A DNA stretch of 64,000 nucleotides, taken from NCBI RefSeq assembly GCF_001194135.2, contig NC_068988.1, forward strand, positions 90,848,287 through 90,912,286, given 5' to 3'. Made by a program: the position numbers and the translations under genes. The notes beneath the pieces were generated by a model. The model was not told the DNA's origin. It was given only the letters and a program-made list of their open reading frames with translations, and searched no databases. The first letter of the stretch is position 1; each line of letters starts with the position of its first letter. Below are positions 25,257 to 37,731 of this stretch, in pieces. This DNA comes from Octopus bimaculoides (Eukaryota).

Positions 25257-25434
25257 ATGTATCTCACATGGCACTTGATACGTCTGTTATATTCGGTGCT
25301 GGCCACCTTCTTAGGACTTTTGCCTGTTTGGTTGTTATTATGCATTTTATATCGTGTGACCAGAGGCTTTTCTAAAACGAACGGACGCAACAAGCGCTGC
25401 ACCCCTGTTTCGACACTCGCTGTCCTAGGTTCAG
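25257..25434 (+). CDS. ALG14: ALG14 exon 1 (N-terminal hydrophobic segment to LAVLGS-G)
   Basis: MYLTWHL...PVWLLLCILYRV...STLAVLGS(G); in-frame stop upstream at 25242; donor G|GTCAGT at 25435, phase 1; completes the GSGGHT motif with exon 2. Confidence 0.88.
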
Positions 25435-28400
25435 GTCAGTACATCTGTTTTGAATTTCCCTGATGTGTTTTATGAATTGATGTAACTGTTGCTGTGTATT
25501 TTAAAATTAGGTATTTGTATGTATGTGTTTGTGTGTACACGTATGAATGTATATATTTCTACAGCACGGCAATGTACTTAGTTATAAAAAAAAACTCACA
25601 ATGTAAGTCCTTGCAAACTTTACAAATGTTTGGCATCACAATCTCTCAATGAACTCAGTTGTCATTGTCAGCCCACGATGGAGCATTTCGTGTTTGCATG
25701 ATCTGCTAAACATAACAGTCAATGTTCTACAAAACAACACACTGCTGTTTTTTAAAGAAGAAAGTACACATTAAATAATGAAGTCCCAGATATAGAAAAG
25801 ACAGGATGATCACAACTGGAACGCCTTTGATCATAGGTTTGCCTTGTCAAGACTGATCCGAAGCAACAGCATCATTGCTAACATTACATCGCAGAAACTA
25901 GAATTTTTATCGGGGCCAGAAATAGTTACCTTCTACAAAGTTGATTTAAAATTCGCGTTGGAGTAATGCTTTCACATATAGGACAGTACTACTGCTACAA
26001 ACATAAACATTCCCGATAAAAGTGGCAAACCAGTCTGTTTCTTATACTGCTACTTCACGAATTCCTTCTAATTAATTAGCTCTATATCACTTGGGGACTC
26101 TATTCCGATCCGCCCGTCTAACCACGTAATATCACTTGTTTTCCTGTTTGAATTTTATCCCTTAGACTGCAGCTTCCACACAGATCTGTCTGCCCCTTTT
26201 TCATCCAGTTGATAATAACCTGCACCAGTTTAAGGTGAACACACAGAGGGCCCTACGAAAGCTGCACTTTTCATCTTTTCCCGGAAGGAATGATTTCACA
26301 GACACATGCGCGCCCGCATCTACCGCCCTCGGATATGCTCTACGAATGACGCAGCGGCAAAAGCTACTGAGCCTGTCAACAAATCCACCCCTCTTGTGCT
26401 GGTCAGCAACAAATTGTTGAGTTGTGGAGCCCGTGTATCAGTTTTAGACGGTTCATCCCTGACCACCACCTTATATTTTAAAGATATAAATGTATCTAGG
26501 GATTTTCTATAAGCTGCAAATTAATTTGGGCTCATAGAACTGTTGGTTGTTTGCTGGTGGCTAGAGTACTCTTCCAATCTGGAGCCTACATTAGTTAATA
26601 TCTTTCGTTTTTCCATAATTTAGACATTAATAATTCAGAATAATTAACTGTATATGCACCGTATTTACCGGCACATATTACTTGCATTAAAACAAATTTT
26701 TAAGTGTCCAGAATTTGCCCTACGTTTAAAGCGGTCGTATTACGGATGGGAAACTGAGCGCTGTAGACGCGGGAGCCGGATGAGCAAGTCTTCTAGGTGC
26801 AATAATTGTTGCTAATAATAGAATATTGAAAACTGTCCAAATTACATTATTTGCACAAACTTATGAAAAATTACGTGCAATACGTCTATAATTATGAGAG
26901 GTCACATCATCTCATTATATTTCCTTCTCCAGCATATATAACCCACAACTGATTATGTGTCTTGCTTTACTCAATGACTATTACTTTTAAGGTCCCACCT
27001 CCCCCCACTTTTCTTTTGATTATTTAAATAAGAAATTCTCTTAGAAAGATGAAGGAATATAAATTTTTTATCATCCTATCAGATAATCTACAACGAGTGG
27101 ATAACAACAAAACCGTAGCAGTGGTGTACCAACTTGGTTGGTGGCCGATCGTGGTTACACAAAACATCACAGCCAGAAATACGAGTTTGACATCTTGTAT
27201 GGCAAGTCTCTTGACCAAAATATAAATAACTATACAGTTGATCTGAAAGAAGTTAAAGTTGAAATCTGGTACTCTCATAATGTAATTTATTTATACTTCA
27301 TAGTATATTTCACACTATATTGTTCAAGTATACAGTCACAACATAGTATTTACGTGCTCTGAATCACACATCCCTGATAGCTTTCAATAAGCGCATGATA
27401 AAACATACTGAGTTTGGTTTTTATCTACAAAATATACTTGTAAAATAGGGCACGTTTTATGCGTTGGTATGTACATTATGTTATATTTATTTGTTGGGTA
27501 CGGAATTGGAGAGTAAATATGTTAAAAATTGGACTTTTTTTGGTGAAAAAAAATTTTTCGTTGTATGAATCTCAGCTGTACTAAAAAACGTAGGAATAAA
27601 AAATGATACCCTTTTCCTTTCTTATGAGGTATGGTAATATGGTACTTCGAGGGACAGCTTTTCCAAAACCCCGCCGCTATTTTGTATTACTAAGGACTGC
27701 GTTGTGTGAATTAGAACGTGTCGAGTGACTGCGAAGATATGTTGAGTGGGTTCACAGGTAGGACGTGTGTGGTAGTGGATACATGGTATGTGGGTTATAG
27801 TACGATAGTGAAGACTTGGTATGTGGAATGTGTGTATGTTGTCATATTGTGTGGATTGTAGTTGTGAGGACATATGGTGATATAGTTTACTATGAATGTC
27901 AAGGTAAGTTGTATGGTCAAACCGGCGAGCGAAAGAAGCTGTACAAACATTATACTAAAACAATCACAATGTGGGGGCACATTATTAGCCGTTCAAAAAC
28001 ATGCAAAACTGTTAGGTTCGCTTAATTTTCGACGCAACAATCACTTCAGTGACCAGGTCGCAGATCGTTCGACGAAAATTTTGACACAAAATAAATAATA
28101 GATGTTTAAGTGAAGTTAACAGTCTCTGTGTGTTTTTGAATGGCTAATAGTATATCTTCCATGCTGAAATTGCTTTAGTCTTAATGCACGGACTCAAATC
28201 AAGTACCTTGCTCGGCAAGTACACCTCTGACACATTATATAAAAGTAAAGACAAGTGGGAATCTGGTATACAGTTAAGTGTTCATTAAGACTATTTTGTA
28301 CTCCCTCTTAGTAACTAACTCTTTCATCTTTGTCTCATTGAATTTTAGGTTTCTGTACTCTTGATCATGCTATGGCTTTGAAACTTTTAAGCTATGAGAA

Positions 28401-29351
28401 CCAGGTTATTAACTTATAAAAGTTGCCAAAGTTCATCTTGCCCCAATATCCTACCTGTTTCATGTTGAAACTGGCCAGATCCAGCCTCTCACACCCACCC
28501 TACAATGTCATTCTAATAATGAACAGTCATATTATGAAAATATCAGAGCTTTGAGATAAGACCTGATTAATAAAAAGACCATGTGAATGTGTAAGCATTA
28601 CATTTGAAAGTAATCTGAATACGAAAGGGTTAACTGAACCTGTTCCACTCACAACTACTCTATTCTAACATACCTTCACTGCCACAGTGTACTCCATAAC
28701 ATACTTTCACTTGCCTACACAGCATTCGCTACCATACTATGTCACACTACACCCCACCTCACTGTGACAATGCCCTCCCCACAACATCTTCATTATTGTA
28801 CAACACACCACATATGTCCACATTATTTAACCATGCAGACTGGGAAGCTTCTGGTCAAATAGTGGTCAAATCTCCCTTATATAATACTTTATCATCTTAA
28901 AAAAAAATAAACCAAAAGGACACATTCAACAAGTTCATCTCTGATATACAAAACTGGGAGCTGGCCATGATGTAAACATAGGTCTTTTTGATTAGGGCTG
29001 TGCTCGTTGTTACATCGCATACGACCTCACTTCCGCACCATACCACACCTCATACGTCTTAGCAGCTATGCTACACCGTCAAACCGCATTGCACACATTT
29101 TCCTAACCGTGCTACACCACACATCCTCAGTCTAAGAAATATATATACTCAGTATGTAGGAGCTTAATATAACAGTGAAAACGGGTTCCTCTGGGAGGCT
29201 GATGGAAAAGCAGGGCTTATATGATAGATATTCAGGGTAGTTAGTGGCTAAGGGTACTCAAATCTGTGAACTCTTCAGGTGCTTATTAGCTGTAGCTGAC
29301 AGCTTCTGTTACCAAGGTGATATAATTGTGGGTGTGAATGATCTGATTGTA

Positions 29352-30110
29352 GGTGCAGGTGTGGCGGATCTTTTTTAAAACGGGGGCCACAGTTTTCATT
29401 TATGTTTTACGTAGTGTTTTTGGTACGGAAAGACTTTCAAACTTCGTATACTTATCTATTTTGTGTTATAGAACAGAAAAATATTTTTGTATTTGAATTT
29501 ATTTCATGTAAAAAATTGTCTTATTTCGATAATTTCAACCAATCACTGACAAGTATTCAGTTGTTTACATTTACTCCTTTGGCTGATTAAGCCATAGCTT
29601 CGTTTTATTTGCTTTTTTCATTTTCTTTTTTTTTTCTTCGTTTTATTTGCTTTTTTCTTTTTAAATTTGCTGTTTTACCCTAACCCTAACCCTATCACCG
29701 ATAGAATTGTTTCAGAATCGTTTGTTTATGTAGTCGGCACTTAATGTATATCGGCTGAATGGACGTCAGTGATTGGTTGAAATTACAGAAATACGACAAC
29801 TTTAACATGGAATAACTTAGGGATTTCTTTTTTTTTTAAGAAGACTAAGAGAAAAAGATGTTTTATATGACACATTCTACCAGTGTTCCAAGTTTCAAAG
29901 TGTTTCGTTAATGAAAAATGTGGCTCCCGTTTTAAAAAAGATCCGGTGTGGCTGTGTAGCTAAGAAGCTTGCTTCACAACCATGTGATTGTAGGTTCAGT
30001 CACTCTGTATGGTGCCTTGGGCTAGTGTCTTCTTTGGCTTCTGGTTGACCAAAATCTTCTGAGTGTATTTGGTAGTTAGAAACTGAAAGAAGCTTCTCTT
30101 ATATATATAT
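29352..30110 (+). mobile_element. SINE family C head interrupted by a Merlin-like MITE and ending in (TA)n
   Basis: GGTGCAGGTGTGGC | MITE | TGTGTAGCTAAGAAGCTTGCTTC...GGTTCAGTCACTC...GAAACTGAAAGAAGC. Confidence 0.7.
29366..29944. mobile_element. Merlin-like MITE, copy 2 (complete, inverted relative to copy 1)
   Basis: GGATCTTTTTTAAAACGGGGGCC...CTCCCGTTTTAAAAAAGATCC; perfect 8-bp TSD GGTGTGGC (29358-29365/29945-29952); internal TAACCC repeats. Confidence 0.9.
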
Positions 30111-30116
30111 GCCCAC

Positions 30117-30398
30117 GGGCATATGGCATAGTGGTTAAGAGCATGGGCTACTAACCCCAAGATTCCGAGGTTGATTCCAGGCAGTGACCTGAATAATAAT
30201 AATAATAATGATAATAATAATAATGATAATAATAATAATGATAATAATAATAATAATAATAATGATAATAATAACAACAACAACATCGAAAAATACCTTA
30301 GGAATGAGAACCCAGGTTTGAAATTTCTCCAAGACACCTGATGAAGGCTGGAGGGTATATCAGCCGAAATGTTGTGTTAATAACAAACAAGATGACAA
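30117..30398 (+). mobile_element. tRNA-headed SINE-like element carrying (AAT)n and a 3' hammerhead-like motif
   Basis: A box TGGCATAGTGG 30124-30134; B-box-like GGTTGATTCC 30169-30178; (AAT/GAT)n 30192-30272; HHR-like motif 30333-30378; (TA)n on both flanks. Confidence 0.7.
30333..30378 (+). ncRNA. Minimal type-I hammerhead ribozyme-like motif (HHR-2)
   Basis: Stem I GACAC/GTGTT; CTGATGA-A 30338-30345; stem II GGCTG/CAGCC; GAAA 30366-30369, then TGTT where the canonical form has CGTT (AACGTT palindrome). Confidence 0.7.
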
Positions 30399-31270
30399 AT
30401 ATATATATATATATATATACAGGGATTAGCATTGAGTTGCTTCTCCAACATACTGAAAATTTAGAAATAGCAGTCAAAGAACTACTGATTCTAAACTACA
30501 AATTTTTCTCTAATCGGATGGCGATATTTATGGCACACATAGAACAAAAAACCGAAGGGAAAAGCATAAACAAAATAAGTCTTTAGTTAATCGGATACGA
30601 TCGTTTCATGGTTAAGAGAATGAAAATTTCTCTATTCCAAATCTTCAGTCCGATATTCTGATAAATTTGAAAGCAATGTTAATTCTCTAAATGAAGTATT
30701 AACAGTAACTGCACGATAAAGTGAAGTATATTGCCACTTAANNNNNNNNNNNNNNNNNNNNNNNNNNNNNNNNNNNNNNNNNNNNNNNNNNNNNNNNNNN
30801 NNNNNNNNNNNNNNNNNNNNNNNNNNNNNNNNNNNNNNNNNNNNNNNNNNNNNNNNNNNNNNNNNNNNNNNNNNNNNNNNNNNNNNNNNNNNNNNNNNNN
30901 NNNNNNNNNNNNNNNNNNNNNNNNNNNNNNNNNNNNNNNNNNNNNNNNNNNNNNNNNNNNNNNNNNNNNNNNNNNNNNNNNNNNNNNNNNNNNNNNNNNN
31001 NNNNNNNNNNNNNNNNNNNNNNNNNNNNNNNNNNNNNNNNNNNNNNNNNNNNNNNNNNNNNNNNNNNNNNNNNNNNNNNNNNNNNNNNNNNNNNNNNNNN
31101 NNNNNNNNNNNNNNNNNNNNNNNNNNNNGCTTTCAAAGTGGTGCCCCAGCATGGCTGCAGTCCAATGACTGAAACGCATTCAAGATAAAAGAAAAAGTAA
31201 TGTTGCAGATGCCTGTAGTAATAGTATTTTAACGAGAAGTAAAAATGATTCAAGGAGCTGTTACATATGT

Positions 31271-31488
31271 TCTTTTCTACTCTAGGCACAAGGCCCAAAA
31301 TTGTAGGGGAAGGGGGCCCAGTTGATTAGATCGACCCCAGTATGCAACTGGTTCTTAATTTATCGACCCCGAAAGGATGAAAGGCAAAATCGACCTCGGC
31401 GGAATTTGAACTCAGAACGTAACGGCAGACGAAATACCGCTAAGCATTTCACCCGGCGTGCTAACGATTCTGGCAGCTCGCCGCCTTA
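31271..31488 (-). mobile_element. SINE family A, full length, well preserved
   Basis: ATCGACCCCGAAAGGATGAAAGGCAAAATCGACCTCGGCGGAATTTGAACTC...GCAGCTCGCCGCCTTA. Confidence 0.9.
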
Positions 31489-31856
31489 GGTGTTACATAT
31501 TTTGACAACAAAAGGGTCTTCTCTCGTTGTGAAAGATAAACTCTATGCAGCATGTGTAAGAAGTATGGTGGTATATGGTAGTGAAATAGGAGATATTGAA
31601 TGTAGATGATGTGTAGACGTCGGAGAGAAATGATGTATGTGTAATCTATTGAATGTGTAATGTTAAGTTACATGTGATGTATACAGGTGAGTTGATCACT
31701 GGGACTGATTTGGGAAGTGAATGGATGAATGATTGTGTTGTGAGTGAAAAAGTGACTTTATGTTCACACCAGATATCACTATAATGATATAAACAGAGAA
31801 TATTGTTTTATGAAATATGCCATATTCATAAATGAGTCGATATATTGTGTTTATAT

Positions 31857-32074
31857 AAGGTGGTGAGCTGGCAGAATCGTTAGCACACTGGGCAAAGTGC
31901 TTAGCAGCATTTCGTCCATCTTTACAGTCTGAGTTCAAATTCTACCAAGGTTGACTTTCCCTTTCATACTTTCAGAGTCATTAAAATAAGTACCAGTTGA
32001 GCACTGGGGTCAATATAATTGACTTAGCCCTTCTCCTGAAATTGCTGGCCTCGTACCAAAATTTGAAACCAATA
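31857..32074 (+). mobile_element. SINE family A, full length
   Basis: AAGGTGGTGAGCTGGCAGAATCGTTAG...GAGTTCAAATTC...AAAATAAGTACCAGTTGAGCACTGGGG...AATTTGAAACCAATA. Confidence 0.85.
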
Positions 32075-32091
32075 ACATAGGAAATGTGGTA

Positions 32092-32473
32092 GGTGGAGAC
32101 TTGGCTGTGTTATTATGAAGTTGGTTTCCCAACTATGTGGTTTCAAGTTCAATCCCACTGCACAGCACCTGGGGCCAGTGTCTTCTGTCCTAGTCCACCA
32201 AAGTGTTGTGTATGGATTTGATAGATGGCAACTGAAAGAAGCCCATCGTGTGTGTGTGTGTGGGTGTGTGTATGGCCATCTATTTTGATTTCGTGTAATA
32301 GTTGTAAATGATTGTCACTATGATACAAGCAGTGTCATTCAATTCCAGTATTCTGGAAAATCTTATCGGGCCATGGAGAAATACCTTGCTTGGAAACATG
32401 AAGCCATCGGCTGTAGAAAATTTTTCTCAAACTTTGTCTGACCCATGCAAGTGGATGTTAAAACGGTGATGAT
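32092..32473 (+). mobile_element. SINE family C2
   Basis: Family-C head, internal (TG)n, tail CCCATGCAAG..GATGTTAAAAC.GTGATGAT. Confidence 0.6.
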
Positions 32474-32986
32474 TATATACATATATCATCATCATCATCA
32501 TCAAAATAGTGGGGTTGTGTTAACCGCACGTGGAGAAATAATAGGAAAATGAAAAACTTAGCGGTTCGGCAAAAGAGACCGATAGAATAAGTACTAGGCT
32601 TCCAAAGAATAAGTCCTGGGGTCGATTTGCTCGACTAAAGGCGGTGCTCCAGCATGGCCACAGTCAAAAGACTGAAACAAGTAAAAGAGTATGTGTGTAC
32701 ACTTTTATACACATACACACATCTTTGGATGAATGTAGAAAATCTGTGCCAATAAACTTCATCTGACCCATGCAAGCTTGGAAAAGTGGCTGTACATTTT
32801 TACTGATTCTGACTCCATTAAACCAATAATTGCTTTTCTCTTTGATGCCATGACTATGCCTTTGGGGACAGGTTTATTCAATCTGGTCTATGAGTTAAAT
32901 AAAGATCAACGTTGAGTTATGTAAAATATTTCAGCATGATAAATCATCGTCATATTTAACTGTTCTGTTATTTTTCTGTTGACTAG

Positions 32987-33141
32987 GGGGTCACACAATG
33001 GAGATGATACGCCTGTTGAGTGGACTCACTGAAAAATATTATCCACGCCACTATGTTGTTGCAAATTCGGACAAGTTTAGCAATACCAAGATAGAAGAAT
33101 TTGAACAGAGGCGCTCGTTATGTGCTGGAGGAGATAAAGCT
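32987..33141 (+). CDS. ALG14: ALG14 exon 2
   Basis: Acceptor TTTTTCTGTTGACTAG|; (G)GHTMEMIRLLSGLTEKYYPRHYVVANSDKFSNTKIEEFE...DKA; donor |GTAAGT at 33142. Confidence 0.93.
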
Positions 33142-33190
33142 GTAAGTTACATCGTTTTTTTTTTTATGTTACTCTATTGTAGTAATGTGT

Positions 33191-33575
33191 GGAGGCGCAA
33201 TGGCCCAGTGGTTAGGGCAGTGGACTCGCGGTCATAGGATCGTGGTTTCGATTCCCAGACCGGGCGTTCTGAGTGTTTATTGAGCGGAAACACCTAAAGC
33301 TCCACGAGGCTCCGGCAGGGGATGGTGGCGAACCCTGCTGTACTTTTTCACCACAACTTTCTCTCACTCTTTCTTCCTGTTTCTGTTGTGCCTGTAATTC
33401 AAAGGGTCAGCCTTGTCACACTGTGTCACGCTGAATATCCCCGAGAACTATGTTAAGGGTACACGAGTCTGTGGAGTGCTCAGCCACTTGCACGTTAATT
33501 TCACGAGCAGGTTGTTCCGTTGATCGGATCAACTGGAACCCTCGACGTCGTAAGCGATGGAGTGCCAACAACAAC
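33191..33575 (+). mobile_element. SINE family B, full length, about 50 nt downstream of the ALG14 exon 2 donor
   Basis: Complete head to (CAA)n tail; 11-bp TSD ATTGTAGTAAT (33176-33186/33576-33586). Confidence 0.92.
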
Positions 33576-34823
33576 ATTGTAGTAATAATAATAGTTTTGG
33601 CTGTTGTTGTTCTTGATGTTGTTACTGCTGTTATTGATGTTGTTCTGTGAATGAAATAAATGTCCTCTTGTGTCTGTGCAATTAAAACATTCTACTTTCA
33701 AAATTTTCTAATAATCATTTTGCTTTTGTAGTTGCTGACTACATTGCTTTCAGTATTACGTATATGACCACACCATTCTCTCTCGCTTAAATGTGAGTTG
33801 CCATGTAGCTCCTCTACAAGAATCCACTCATCAATGGTATTAAGACCACTACCATCTTCTGTAATTGTGACATAGTGTACCTAAGATTACCTAATCTATA
33901 CACACCCACTTTTTTTTTTTATTTTTTTTACTGTATTTTCTGGCAGACCAGATTTACAGACAAAGAAGGTAGGTTGACTTAGTACCCCAAGACAGTTCTG
34001 GAAGTCCCCAAATTCCATGAGAAATGTAGCAAGATTTGGAAAGATAGCAACGATGTTTAAATGTTTACATTACACATATACACTACATACTATGCTAGCT
34101 TGTGTGCCCGAAAATATGGTATAAGACAGTAAGGTGTGATTTGAGGGAGATTTTGCTGCTACTTTTTGTTGGTAATGTGCCTTTCACCCTTTTGGGGTTG
34201 ATAAAATAAGGGCCAGTTGAGCACTGGGGTTGATGTAATTGACTTACCCCTCCCCCAGAAATTGCTGGCCTTGCACTAAAATTTGAAACCAATGTGAACA
34301 TGTTGAGGCTTCTTTGTTACCCTTGAAAGAAATGCTACTACTACTACTACTACAACTACTAGTTGTAGTGTGTGAGGTGTCTAGGTTGTTAGGTGGGTGT
34401 GTCTGGCAGGTTATATACAGAACATATAACCTACATTGCTCATCCAGGCACTACAGTGACATTACATTCAAAGATTGGATGGATGGAAAGGNNNNNNNNN
34501 NTTGTGGGGTGGGCAGTCGGAGGATGCATTTGTGGAGGGGGTAATAAAAAGAAACGTAGTGATGGTAAGAGAGACAATGGTAATATAGTGTGGTGGCTGG
34601 CGGAAGTAAAAGAAAGCAACTAATGATTTGAGGATGGAGTGAGTAACTATACAATGGTCGTGTTGGGGTTAGAACAACCAAGTACAATAAATACACAGTG
34701 GAGGTGCAGTTACTTAGAGACTGAAAGAGCTTGCCCCATCTTTCATTTGAAAATGTCTGACTTACTTCATGGCTGCTATTTGTATTGTCTCTACTCTCTC
34801 TGCACTCTACTAAAAGGTTAAAG

Positions 34824-35143
34824 ACCCCCTTCAGCCATGAATGACCATGAGATTGCACTTAGAAAGTTCCCCTTTGAGGCACAAGTCTGGGCAAGGTTGC
34901 TTATGGAAGACCAGCAATCACCCATGCATACCAGCATCCCCCTCTCCACATCACCAGTGCTATCCAAAGGCAAAGCAAAAGCTGATACAGCTTGGCACCA
35001 GTGACATCACAACTCATTTCCACAGCTGAACGAACTGGAACAATGTTAAATAAAGTGTCTTGCCTCATGATTTCCAGTCTGGAAATCAAACTCACTACCT
35101 CATGATTGCGAGCCCGATGCTCTAACCACTGAGCCATGCTCCT
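34824..35143 (-). mobile_element. SINE family F
   Basis: Reverse complement similar to 18895-19222. Confidence 0.75.
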
Positions 35144-36325
35144 TCACACTCTACTATATATATATATATATATATATATNNNNNNNNNNNNNNNNNNNNN
35201 NNNNNNNNNNNNNNNNNNNNNNNNNNNNNNNNNNNNNNNNNNNNNNNNNNNNNNNNNNNNNNNNNNNNNNNNNNNNNNNNNNNNNNNNNNNNNNNNNNNN
35301 NNNNNNNNNNNNNNNNNNNNNNNNNNNNNNNNNNNNNNNNNNNNNNNNNNNNNNNNNNNNNNNNNNNNNNNNNNNNNNNNNNNNNNNNNNNNNNNNNNNN
35401 NNNNNNNNNNNNNNNNNNNNNNNNNNNNNNNNNNNNNNNNNNNNNNNNNNNNNNNNNNNNNNNNNNNNNNNNNNNNNNNNNNNNNNNNNNNNNNNNNNNN
35501 NNNNNNNNNNNNNNNNNNNNNNNNNNNNNNNNNNNNNNNNNNNNNNNNNNNNNNNNNNNNNNNNNNNNNNNNNNNNNNNNNNNNNNNNNNNNNNNNNNNN
35601 NNNNNNNNNNNNNNNNNNNNNNNNNNNNNNNNNNNNNNNNNNNNNNNNNNNNNNNNNNNNNNNNNNNNNNNNNNNNNNNNNNNNNNNNNNNNNNNNNNNN
35701 NNNNNNNNNNNNNNNNNNNNNNNNNNNNNNNNNNNNNNNNNNNNNNNNNNNNNNNNNNNNNNNNNNNNNNNNNNNNNNNNNNNNNNNNNNNNNNNNNNNN
35801 NNNNNNNNNNNNNNNNNNNNNNNNNNNNNNNNNNNNNNNNNNNNNNNNNNNNNNNNNNNNNNNNNNNNNNNNNNNNNNNNNNNNNNNNNNNNNNNNNNNN
35901 NNNNNNNNNNNNNNNNNNNNNNNNNNNNNNNNNNNNNNNNNNNNNNNNNNNNNNNNNNNNNNNNNNNNNNNNNNNNNNNNNNNNNNNNNNNNNNNNNNNN
36001 NNNNNNNNNNNNNNNNNNNNNNNNNNNNNNNNNNNNNNNNNNNNNNNNNNNNNNNNNNNNNNNNNNNNNNNNNNNNNNNNNNNNNNNNNNNNNNNNNNNN
36101 NNTATACTTTAAATATATTTTATCATCAAAGAATGTATATATGCATTTTAATACTCAAACTGTTTTTTAACATTTTTTATTATTCTCAAAGACTTTTGAT
36201 AATCTTTTTCTAAAAAAGTGAAACCGGTTAAGTAAATAAATATTTTAAAAAAATAAGTGCATTTTCAAACCTTCTTTCATATATATATATATATATATAG
36301 ACATATACTTACAAATGTATATATA

Positions 36326-36360
<35 letters not shown>

Positions 36361-36589
36361 ATTAATCTCTCAATTCTGGAGAATTTCTGTTTGAAAAATA
36401 TCTTCCCCTTAATCCTTTTGTTACCATATTTCTGTTGAACTGCATTGTATTTATTTCAACTATTTATTAAGCTGGTAATTGGAACATAAATTAAGATGAA
36501 ATTTAAAAAGGAAATTTTAATTTAGATTAGTTTGAACTGGAAGTATGTATCATAGGGGCTGGGGTAGTCTTGGGCAGGTTGGTATCCAG

Positions 36590-37230
36590 ATACCCTCCAA
36601 AGTCGGTCATTCTGGTGGTTTACTGTCTGTTTGATGTCAATTTTCTGTTCATCAGTGAACTCCAGTTTGGGCAGTGTACCTTCAGCAACCTGACACAGGA
36701 TAAGATGACTTCTCTCTAGTCTCATAGCCTTATCAACTTGCATGAGCTCATGATGATGGATCATCTTGTCGGGGTGGGACCTGAGATCCTCCTTCAGTAT
36801 TTGATGCATCAATGTTTGGCTTATTTTTGCTGTGGCAGCCAGTTTTCTGACCGAATGATGAGGATTTTGCCTTATCTTTTCTCCGATACTTTTGATAACC
36901 AGAGGGATCTGCACACTTCTTTTTTGGCCACGTCCAGATCGATCAGTGGTCAAACCAGTCTCTTGAAATTTCTTGACAATTTTCCTGACTGTTCGGTTAA
37001 TTTTAAGCTTTTTTGCTATAGCCATATTACTTTTGCCATCTTTGTGGAATGGTTATGATTGTATTTTGGTCTGTAGCCATTACCTAATTTATGAATCTGA
37101 ATTTATTTAGTGTGAAACAAGAAGACACACTAAGCTTTTATAATGATGTATAATTTTCATACCATAACATATTTATTGATAGTTATTAAAGCCCCAAATT
37201 TTGGTTGACTTAATTTCGGGACACCCTGTA
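36590..37230 (-). mobile_element. Tc1/mariner 5' half, truncated transposase
   Basis: TA + TIR CAGGGTGTCCCGAAATT; HTH region TVRKIVKKFQETG..DRSGRGQKRS..VRKLA; FTDEQK..NHQNDRLW (first catalytic D motif). Confidence 0.8.
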
Positions 37231-37519
37231 GTGCCAATTAGTTTGTATATTTATAATGTCTAGTAACATTACCATAATTGGACTATATATTTACTGGGAC
37301 ATAAGTGTCCTTTATATGGTCCCCNNNNNNNNNNNNNNNNNNNNNNNNNNNNNNNNNNNNNNNNNNNNNNNNNNNNNNNNNNNNNNNNNNNNNNNNNNNN
37401 NNNNNNNNNNNNNNNNNNNNNNNNNNNNNNNNNNNNNAAAAAAAAAATGGCTTCAAAAAGAAGTAGCTTTTAGGTACAAATTAAACTCCAGAAATAAGGT
37501 ATACTTTTTATGTTTATAA

Positions 37520-37731
37520 ATTAGTTTCAGGAATGCAGTACTGAAAGGACTCACAAATAAATTATTAGACAGACATGTATTTCTTAAGGTGGTGTTGGGT
37601 ATGTTTTGTGTAAGTGAATGGCAGAGAAGGGAGTTGAAAGCTTTTCTGATATCAGTGATAGTTAGTATTGTGTGTATGGGAGGTTTTTCTTTTTGCTGTT
37701 GAGGAAAGAACACTGTGAATGGGTGGGGCAC
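37520..37731 (-). mobile_element. Non-LTR reverse transcriptase fragment
   Basis: TILTITDIRKAFNSL resembles the LDxxKAFD RT motif; degenerate. Confidence 0.45.

Noticed and set aside
35136-36170. 344-aa ORF and other X-rich ORFs (9102-9515, 30679-31298, 40170-40783, 60595-61279)
   Set aside because: They are open only because they run through N gaps
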